IMG/VR virus record: IMGVR_UViG_3300017548_000198
Span: 1-30,995 of that record
Reading direction: 5' to 3' (one strand)
Source: a virus
Taxonomy: Duplodnaviria; Caudoviricetes
DNA: 30,995 bases
Positions 25,032-30,995 of the stretch are shown here, one piece after another. Made by a program: the position numbers and the translations under genes. Position 1 is the stretch's first letter, and every line of letters begins with the position of its first letter. A model generated the notes under the pieces. That model was not told the origin of the DNA. It was given only the letters and a program-made list of their open reading frames with translations, and did no database searches.

Positions 25032-25598
25032 ATGACAACCATCCAGTTTGAACTGGGCGGAGGGGCGAGTATCGCCCTGCCCGCCGCTACTGTGGCCGAA
25101 AAACTGATTGAGCGCCTGAGCGCGCAGAGAACGCCCCCCCTTCCTGCTCGCCCGAAGATTGGCGAGTACTTGTCGGGCCAGGGCGGAATTTATGTTGGCG
25201 ATATTCTCGGCGCTGATGGCGTCCTATATGGCCTGATCACCCCAGTGAATGCAGTCCGATCTGCCAAATGGGGCAACGATGGCGAACGAGATTTGAGCGA
25301 CTTGGACGGCCAGGACAATACTCGCCGCTTGCACAACCAATCTCCGGCCGCAAAGCTCGCCGCCGAATACGAAGCAGATGGGCACGCAGATTTCTACTTA
25401 CCTGCGCGTCGTGAATTGATTGTCGCTGCTGCCAATGTGCCTAGCCTGTTCGAACAAGCCTACCACTGGACCTCTACGCCCTACGGTGAGCACGACGCCT
25501 GGGCCGTCGATTTCGAGGACGGCAGCGTCTACCGCTGGAACCGCGACGACGAGTTTCTAGTTCGCCCCTTCCGCAGATTTACCCATTCATCCCTTTAA
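25032..25598 (+). CDS. DGR target protein 1 (adjacent), DUF1566/Lcl-like CLec-fold domain
   Basis: 188 aa; QGGIYVG, DG..NT, DFYLPARREL, YHWTST, VRPFR; ends in VR1; paralogous to 20480-20986. Confidence 0.9.
   Translation: MTTIQFELGGGASIALPAATVAEKLIERLSAQRTPPLPARPKIGEYLSGQGGIYVGDILGADGVLYGLITPVNAVRSAKWGNDGERDLSDLDGQDNTRRLHNQSPAAKLAAEYEADGHADFYLPARRELIVAAANVPSLFEQAYHWTSTPYGEHDAWAVDFEDGSVYRWNRDDEFLVRPFRRFTHSSL
25477..25578 (+). repeat. DGR variable repeat VR1
   Basis: Ungapped 102-bp match to TR; 10 mismatches, all at TR adenines. Confidence 0.95.
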
Positions 25599-25605
25599 CC
25601 CTTTT

Positions 25606-25620
25606 GCGGGCGTAGCCCGC
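25606..25620 (+). other. GC-rich hairpin downstream of VR1 (DGR homing cis element candidate)
   Basis: GCGGGC-GTA-GCCCGC, starting 28 nt after the VR end. Confidence 0.78.
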
Positions 25621-25627
25621 CATACCC

Positions 25628-26014
25628 ATGGCCCTACACACCGACACCCAGATCTACAAGACGACCTACGAATTGAGTCTGCTAGTTGAGAAGGTAGTTT
25701 CGAACATGAAGCGAAACTACAAAACCACGCTTGGGGCTCACTTGCGCGGTCAATGCTTTGATCTGGTTATGTCGGTGTATAGGGCAAATTCTTCATCCGA
25801 TCGCACTCCGATCATCCGAGCAATGCGAGAGGATATTGAAGCTGTCAATCTTTCCCTGCGTCTGGCAGTAGACCTGCGGGAGTTTCCTCGCAGCCAGTAT
25901 GCGAAAGCAGTGGAATTGATTGACAGCATTGGCCGTCAGGCAACTGGTTGGCTCAAACACTCCGAGAATGCGCTTGCCGCCTCACCGTCAAGGCGGTCGG
26001 GCCAACGCGCTTGA
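25628..26014 (+). CDS. avd: DGR accessory variability determinant (Avd-like four-helix bundle)
   Basis: 128 aa, basic and helical; IY...Y.L, LRLA.DL, IGRQ..GW motifs; sits between target and TR. Confidence 0.85.
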   Translation: MALHTDTQIYKTTYELSLLVEKVVSNMKRNYKTTLGAHLRGQCFDLVMSVYRANSSSDRTPIIRAMREDIEAVNLSLRLAVDLREFPRSQYAKAVELIDSIGRQATGWLKHSENALAASPSRRSGQRA

Positions 26015-26154
26015 TGATCTGGTCACGCCGCTGGCTCACAAGGCCACCGATAGGCGCACAGCAGAAACCGCCGACTATGGTCGGATGGGTCTGGCGCAGT
26101 TTCCCTGTTGATCGGGCAATCCTTCGGCAGGGCGACGTGGGTAGCGTGATGACC

Positions 26155-26256
26155 CGCCCTACGGTGAGCACAACGCCTGGGCCGTCAATTTCGAGAACGG
26201 CAACGTCAACAACTGGAACCGCAACAACGAGTTTCTAGTTCGCCCCTTCCGCAAAT
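26155..26256 (+). ncRNA. DGR template repeat (TR)
   Basis: Contains nine AAY triplets in the frame of the VRs; differs from both VRs only at its own adenines; lies between avd and RT. Confidence 0.95.
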
Positions 26257-26272
26257 CGTCCTCGGAGTTTTT

Positions 26273-27406
26273 ATGGATTCTTGCCATTCGTTCGCGGAGC
26301 TGGTGCAGGCTTACTACGACTGCCGCCGGCTGAAAAGAAACACCGCGAGCGCATTGCTGTTTGAGATGGATCTCGAGCGAAACCTAATGCAGCTTCATGA
26401 AGAGTTGCAAGACGGCACGTATCGTCCAGGCCGCTCCATTTGCTTTGTAATCACCAGGCCCAAGCCCAGAGAGGTATGGGCCGCGGATTTCAGGGATCGC
26501 GTGGTGCATCACCTGCTGTACAACAAGATAGGCGCCAGGTTCCTTGCGAGCTTTATTGCTGATTCGTGCGCTTGCATTCCGGGGCGCGGCACTCTGTACG
26601 GCGGAAAGCGGTTAGAGGCCAAAGTCCGAAGCATCACACAGAATTGGGCCAAGCCGGCGCGCTACCTGAAGTGCGATCTGGCCAACTTCTTTGTCAGTAT
26701 CGATAAGCGATTGCTCTGGCCGAAGTTGGCACAGAAGATTCCCGAGGGCTGGTGGCGAAATCTCTGCGCCATGGTGCTATTTCATGATCCGCGCGAGAAC
26801 GTAGAAATACGCGGCGAGAAATCTCTACTTCGGTTGGTTCCGCCCCACAAGCGCCTGATGGAGGCCTCGCCTCATCACGGCCTACCGATCGGCAATCTCT
26901 CTAGCCAGTTCTTCGCCAATGTCCTGCTGGACGGCCTTGACCAGCACATCAAGCACACCATCAAGGCCCGTCACTACGTTAGGTATGTTGACGATATGGT
27001 GTTGCTGCATGAATCGCCGCAATTCCTCAATGAAGCTTTGCACAGCATTAACGACTTCCTGCCACGGCTTGGGCTGGCTCTCAATCCCAGAAAGACGGTG
27101 CTTCAACCGGTGAATCGCGGGGTTGATTTCGCGGGATATGTGATCAAGCCCTGGAGAATCGAAGTGCGGCGCCGGACGGTGCGGGCCGGGCTGAGGCGAA
27201 TCGAATCGCTGCCGCAGGGCAGCACACTCGAAACCATCAATAGTTACTTAGGAATGATGGGCCACGTGAACGGCCATCATGACAGATCACGCATTGCCAA
27301 TGCTGCCAGGAAGCGCAGGCACTCTGTCGATGCGAAATTAACTCGAGCTTTCCGGCAAGCTATTAATCCGGCGGCGAATCCCGGCTCGGTCGACCCAGCT
27401 GTTTGA
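26273..27406 (+). CDS. DGR reverse transcriptase
   Basis: 377 aa; KPRE, FRDRVVHH, YLKCDLANFF.SI, GLPIGNLSSQ, YVRYVDDMV, GVDF.GY; no maturase/endonuclease extension. Confidence 0.95.
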   Translation: MDSCHSFAELVQAYYDCRRLKRNTASALLFEMDLERNLMQLHEELQDGTYRPGRSICFVITRPKPREVWAADFRDRVVHHLLYNKIGARFLASFIADSCACIPGRGTLYGGKRLEAKVRSITQNWAKPARYLKCDLANFFVSIDKRLLWPKLAQKIPEGWWRNLCAMVLFHDPRENVEIRGEKSLLRLVPPHKRLMEASPHHGLPIGNLSSQFFANVLLDGLDQHIKHTIKARHYVRYVDDMVLLHESPQFLNEALHSINDFLPRLGLALNPRKTVLQPVNRGVDFAGYVIKPWRIEVRRRTVRAGLRRIESLPQGSTLETINSYLGMMGHVNGHHDRSRIANAARKRRHSVDAKLTRAFRQAINPAANPGSVDPAV

Positions 27407-27578
27407 CGACATGGTCTTCAGCGGCATCCATAGCCGTTTTCACATCCGCATACGTGCCTTTGCTGGACACAACAATCTCGTCCGTATGGTCGTCCCTGCC
27501 AAAGTAAAAGGTCACGCGCCACGTGTGCTCACCATTGTCGTGAGCCAGTACTTCGACGTTCTCCCAGGTTCTCCCCAT
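27363..27578 (-). CDS. Small hypothetical protein, convergent with RT
   Basis: MGRTWENVEVLAHDNGEHTWRVTFYFG...; overlaps the RT 3' end by 44 nt. Confidence 0.45.
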   Translation of the reverse strand: MGRTWENVEVLAHDNGEHTWRVTFYFGRDDHTDEIVVSSKGTYADVKTAMDAAEDHVVKQLGRPSRDSPPD

Positions 27579-27783
27579 GGAACTCTCGATCAAAGAAAAC
27601 ACAAGAATATCTTATCCAGGTTGGAGTGTCAGCATGAAGCCAGACGACGACTATTTCCTATTCGAAATGCCTGAAACCGCGTCAATGATCGGCTGCGTAA
27701 TCCTTGCCGCCCTGCTGGCGATATTTGGCATCGTCCTGGGCCTGTATGAGGTTGTGCGGGCTCTTTTTGGGGAATGGGTATGA
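27577..27783 (+). CDS. Small single-TM protein (true start may be ATG 27633)
   Basis: Hydrophobic C-terminal helix; ATGA overlap with the next ORF. Confidence 0.5.
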   Translation: MELSIKENTRISYPGWSVSMKPDDDYFLFEMPETASMIGCVILAALLAIFGIVLGLYEVVRALFGEWV

Positions 27784-28019
27784 CGCCGATCCAATCGTAT
27801 GAACTGGCCAAGATGTTCTCGGCCCGTCGGCAATCGAGAGCGGAATTTATCGCGGCATTGAAGCGCGACATTGCGGCCCCTCAAGAGGCTGGTCCTGCTG
27901 GCGAACGCGCGCTACGGGGTATGCAACAAGCGCTGGGCGGCCATGAAGTGGCTCTAGCCGAATTGCACGCAGTTGAAAACGATGTCCGGCGCATTCTTGG
28001 ACTGGAGCATGCAGCATGA
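27780..28019 (+). CDS. Hypothetical protein
   Basis: Coupled start (MTPIQSYEL); helical; ends ...EHAA. Confidence 0.55.
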   Translation: MTPIQSYELAKMFSARRQSRAEFIAALKRDIAAPQEAGPAGERALRGMQQALGGHEVALAELHAVENDVRRILGLEHAA

Positions 28020-28039
28020 CAGCTCAGCATCCAGACCAG

Positions 28040-28195
28040 CTATTCGGCCCTCCCGAGGCTATAGATCATGCAAGGGTACCCACTTTCATCCTTGCCGCCC
28101 GCGACAGCCAGCAATATCCAACCTTCGTTCAACTTTTCCTGCGCAGCAATTTCGCCATATACCTCGCAAATTTGCTTGATCTGGCTCAAATCCAT
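28040..28195 (-). CDS. Small hypothetical protein (51 aa), antisense to the early operon
   Basis: Not in the track. AGGAG RBS; MDLSQIKQICEVYGEIAAQEKLNEGWILLAVAGGKDESGYPCMIYSLGRAE. Confidence 0.65.
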   Translation of the reverse strand: MDLSQIKQICEVYGEIAAQEKLNEGWILLAVAGGKDESGYPCMIYSLGRAE

Positions 28196-28260
28196 TTTTG
28201 TCTCCTGTCGATTTTTTCGAATGGCCCGCTAATGGTATCGCCCATTCAAAGGAATGTCAC

Positions 28261-28503
28261 ATGACCACAACGAAGCCTATGGACGATGGCGGCCCTTTTC
28301 ACCCAACCGACAGCGATAACTTTGGACCGAAGTACTCGGGGCCTGGCGCGAGTTTACGGGATGTTTTCGCTATTGCGGCACTGCAATCCCTGTCATCAGC
28401 CATTCAGGACGAGAGCATCACCACACTTGAGGATCGAGCGGCAGACACAGCTCGGGCCTGCTACACCATCGCGGACGCCATGCTAAAGGCCCGCCATGGC
28501 TAA
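28261..28503 (+). CDS. Conserved small phage protein (GGP.P...G.SLRD.FA...Y.IADAML.AR)
   Basis: AAGGA RBS; recognisable recurring phage motif. Confidence 0.75.
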   Translation: MTTTKPMDDGGPFHPTDSDNFGPKYSGPGASLRDVFAIAALQSLSSAIQDESITTLEDRAADTARACYTIADAMLKARHG

Positions 28504-29101
28504 TCAGTATAGAAACATGGCGATGCGTAGCCGCTGCACCCTGCACAAATCCAAGCTGGCGACATTCCAGGCATTCTGCGAGGCACGAGGATGGGTCGCG
28601 GAGCCCAGCAAGGGCGACTACGAAGTGCTGCGTATGCGGCACCCCGAGCGGCGTGATCCGATGATCGTGCACGAGCGCAGCAACGCCACCGAACACTACA
28701 CAACCTCGGGAGAAAGCCAGAAGCAGGTCAGGGCATTTATCCGTGCTACGAGCCGCGACACTGAGGTTGCGAGTGTCCTTCGTCAGAAAGATGAAGAAAT
28801 CGACAAGCTCCGGCAGTGGAATAAGCGACAACTCGACGAATTGGAGCGCCTGCGGTCGGTCATTGCAGCCAAGGATATCGAACTGCACCGCGTGGGGGAC
28901 ATCGTCGTCGATCAGCACAAGGGTCTTAAAGAGGCCCACTCCATGCTGATTCAAATTTGGGGCTACGCCGACGAGCCGATCACCCGGCCAGCAAGTCGCG
29001 AAGTCCTAAGCGAAATTCGCGACATGGCTAATGAATTCGGCGCAACCATGCAATGCCATCTAAAGGCACCTTCTGCCGTCCCCGAAGGAGATTATCAATG
29101 A
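28496..29101 (+). CDS. Hypothetical protein with coiled-coil C-half
   Basis: 201 aa; overlapping start/stop with both neighbours. Confidence 0.65.
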   Translation: MANQYRNMAMRSRCTLHKSKLATFQAFCEARGWVAEPSKGDYEVLRMRHPERRDPMIVHERSNATEHYTTSGESQKQVRAFIRATSRDTEVASVLRQKDEEIDKLRQWNKRQLDELERLRSVIAAKDIELHRVGDIVVDQHKGLKEAHSMLIQIWGYADEPITRPASREVLSEIRDMANEFGATMQCHLKAPSAVPEGDYQ

Positions 29102-29367
29102 CCCAAAACGACGACCAGTCTACGCCTGCCGGTCCGGCCGAAGCTGAAGCCCTGGCAGCGCATGCCGTCCAGACCTTTCTGAACTCCTGCCGTATTTCAG
29201 ACCGTGCACAAATCGGCAACTACCTTATGAAACTTTGCAGCGTTGCATCTGTACTCATGGCACAGGCCGAGGGCTCGGAAAGTGCCGGCCGCAGGCTAGA
29301 AGGCACAGCCGCCTGGGTGCGCAAGACGATGCCTGCTAAGCCCGCGAACCTGGAGATCCTGCAATGA
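29098..29367 (+). CDS. Hypothetical protein
   Basis: Start MTQNDD at 29098 with GGAG and ATGA overlap. Confidence 0.65.
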   Translation: MTQNDDQSTPAGPAEAEALAAHAVQTFLNSCRISDRAQIGNYLMKLCSVASVLMAQAEGSESAGRRLEGTAAWVRKTMPAKPANLEILQ

Positions 29368-30416
29368 CCACTGACTACCAGCAAATCCTCACGGATACAG
29401 AAATCGAGCAAGGTCGCCACTGCGTTTTCAGCACGGACAATCCCTTTTGCCCATGCGACACGAAGACCATGAGAAAAGCGGTACGCTGGGCCGAGCAGGT
29501 CCTGCTATCCAAGCTGCGCGGGGCGGGTGAGCCGGCACGCGACTGGACCGAAGACTTTGCGCACGAGAATGGCAACTACCAGTGTGCCTGCGTGCAATGC
29601 GGCGAACACTTTTTCGGCCACAAGCGCCGCGTGGTTTGCAAGGCTTGCTTCGCCGCGCCCCAGGCCAGCGCAGAGGCGCGTAAGCTGGTCGCCGACGGTT
29701 GGCTGGACGACCACATCACCGAGAACGTGAAATTCACTCGCGGCGAAATGCCGGGCGTCTACTACTGCCAAGGCTGGCGCGATGCGGAAGCTCACTACAA
29801 GCTCGCCGCCCCTGCCGCCGAGGATTCCGCAAAGGGTGCGGGGGATGTGGAATTTCCGAGGATGCCAGAGCCAGCAGCAAGAACCTCAGCGTTCTCCACA
29901 AACAGTCAAGTTGTGCCGTACTACACATACGGTCAGATGATGGCCTACGCGCACACCGCAGTCCTTGCCGACCGCAAGCAGCGCGGCGGGGATGTGGCGG
30001 CGTTGCGCGAAGCGCTGAAATTCTATGCCGATCAAGACCATTTCATCATCGCCGATGACGACGCCTGGGACACGGTATCAGGCGAGCCGCAAAACTTCTT
30101 TTGCGATGAGGCGGGGACTGCGACGGTAGAGGACGGGTCCATTGCCCGCGCCGCGCTGGCCGCGCAGAATCCGGTAGAGGGGGATGCGAAGGAACCAATC
30201 GTCACGCTATCCGGCCACCAGCTACTGGAAGCGCTGGATTTCATTGCTCCGGACAGGGACACAGATCCGCAGCAACTTGAGGGCGATGTATCTATTCAGT
30301 ACGGAGACGGCCACGCCGGTCGGGGCCATTACTGCTGGGTCACCGATGAGGCCCACGAAGGGGCAATCCTGCTAGGTGACGCCGCCATAGCCCAGCAGGG
30401 CAAGGAGGGAGCGTGA
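29364..30416 (+). CDS. Mosaic hypothetical phage protein with Cys-rich (C..C...C..C) segment
   Basis: 350 aa; several short modules joined by Ala/Pro linkers; HENGNY.C.C..C...F.GHKRR..C..C. Confidence 0.7.
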   Translation: MTTDYQQILTDTEIEQGRHCVFSTDNPFCPCDTKTMRKAVRWAEQVLLSKLRGAGEPARDWTEDFAHENGNYQCACVQCGEHFFGHKRRVVCKACFAAPQASAEARKLVADGWLDDHITENVKFTRGEMPGVYYCQGWRDAEAHYKLAAPAAEDSAKGAGDVEFPRMPEPAARTSAFSTNSQVVPYYTYGQMMAYAHTAVLADRKQRGGDVAALREALKFYADQDHFIIADDDAWDTVSGEPQNFFCDEAGTATVEDGSIARAALAAQNPVEGDAKEPIVTLSGHQLLEALDFIAPDRDTDPQQLEGDVSIQYGDGHAGRGHYCWVTDEAHEGAILLGDAAIAQQGKEGA

Positions 30417-30646
30417 GCAGCCCATGCCAATCTTACCGACCGGGACAGCTCTGCCGGGAAGGGTTCCCGATGGGCTATCCGGCCAGCAGCGCCTGCACCG
30501 GCTATACCTGCATGTCCTGCGGCCGCCCAAACGACAGACTTCCAGCTTGCCAGGACGAAGACCTTCACCCGCGCTGGCTCAAAGATGATGGGTCACCGCG
30601 TTTCGCCCAGCAGCGCCAGGGCGAAGGGGGTGACCATGGCAATTGA
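30413..30646 (+). CDS. Small Cys-rich hypothetical protein
   Basis: GTG start overlapping the upstream stop, GGAGG RBS; six Cys. Confidence 0.5.
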   Translation: MSSPCQSYRPGQLCREGFPMGYPASSACTGYTCMSCGRPNDRLPACQDEDLHPRWLKDDGSPRFAQQRQGEGGDHGN

Positions 30647-30995
30647 TCGAGCTATCCAGGAATGGCGAAAAGCGGGCAAGCATCTGCCGCCGTTTCTCCG
30701 TGACTTTCATGACCAGAAGGATGTATTCAAGTTCGTGAGCCAGGCTGCAACCCCGCTCGATAAAGACCCGTATTCCAGAGAACTGACATGGGTCGAGGGG
30801 CACGTATACGTGATCGACTACTTCCTCTGGTGCATGGCCCGACACGGCTACACACTGCAGCGCAGCCGGGCTCGCCTGCCGTTTGAGTCGTTGGCCGACA
30901 ACATCGCCGCGATGACCAAAGCAGAGGCCGAAGTATTCAATCGACTTCTGTCCAATGCCGCCACAGCGAACGATGGGGAGGCGAAGAATGGCTGA
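30636..30995 (+). CDS. Hypothetical phage protein (HLP.FLRDFHDQKD.FK motif)
   Basis: Start MAIDR at 30636; GH.YVID.FLW.MA..GYTLQR motif. Confidence 0.7.
   Translation: MAIDRAIQEWRKAGKHLPPFLRDFHDQKDVFKFVSQAATPLDKDPYSRELTWVEGHVYVIDYFLWCMARHGYTLQRSRARLPFESLADNIAAMTKAEAEVFNRLLSNAATANDGEAKNG

Larger units (their letters stand above)
1..30995. mobile_element. Temperate lambdoid-type phage/prophage segment (head, packaging, replication, immunity, cargo, early/recombination region with DGR)
   Basis: Continuous phage gene order: capsid-protease-portal-terminases-Q-RusA-DnaB-initiator-NinB-CII-cro/cI-early operon. Both window ends lie in phage genes; no boundary seen. Confidence 0.95.

Noticed and set aside
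25948-26238. ORFs spanning the avd-TR region (96, 63 and 72 aa)
   Set aside because: They overlap avd and the non-coding template repeat, are not in the VR reading frame and show no protein-like motifs.
26273-27406. RT as a group II intron, retron or Abi-type RT
   Set aside because: No maturase/endonuclease extension or msr-msd-like arrangement was seen; the GNLSSQ motif, adjacent avd and adenine-specific TR/VR pairs identify a DGR.
28016-28264. 82-aa plus-strand ORF bridging two early genes
   Set aside because: Although its ends overlap neighbours, the minus-strand 51-aa ORF has a stronger RBS and more protein-like sequence; the plus ORF is unsupported but not excluded.

Overview
The whole window is part of a temperate, lambdoid-organised phage or prophage. 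The SSB sequence suggests a Bordetella/Achromobacter-like betaproteobacterial host (inference). No integrase, att site, tail or lysis genes fall inside the window. Layout: (1) minus-strand head/packaging module (1-7534), whose portal carries a C-terminal 2H-phosphoesterase (Acb1-like) domain; (2) late-control and replication/early-right genes (7550-13852), with a 1-nt frameshift in the replication initiator; (3) a cro/cI switch with 16-bp palindromic operators; (4) about 5 kb of cargo between cI and the second operator cluster: a Rap1a-like protein, a P4-type gop-beta-cII-like defence triplet and several lipoproteins, one of them an unannotated 52-aa lipoprotein resembling a porin beta-strand; (5) a plus-strand early operon from a repressor-controlled promoter at about 19988-20016. 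The main finding is a complete diversity-generating retroelement (avd-TR-RT) inside that early operon, next to the recombination genes. One 102-bp template repeat matches two variable repeats, one adjacent and one 5.3 kb upstream, and all 21 mismatches fall at template adenines. Both targets are small, signal-less DUF1566/CLec-like proteins rather than tail fibres. Family assignments come from motif recognition, not database searches.
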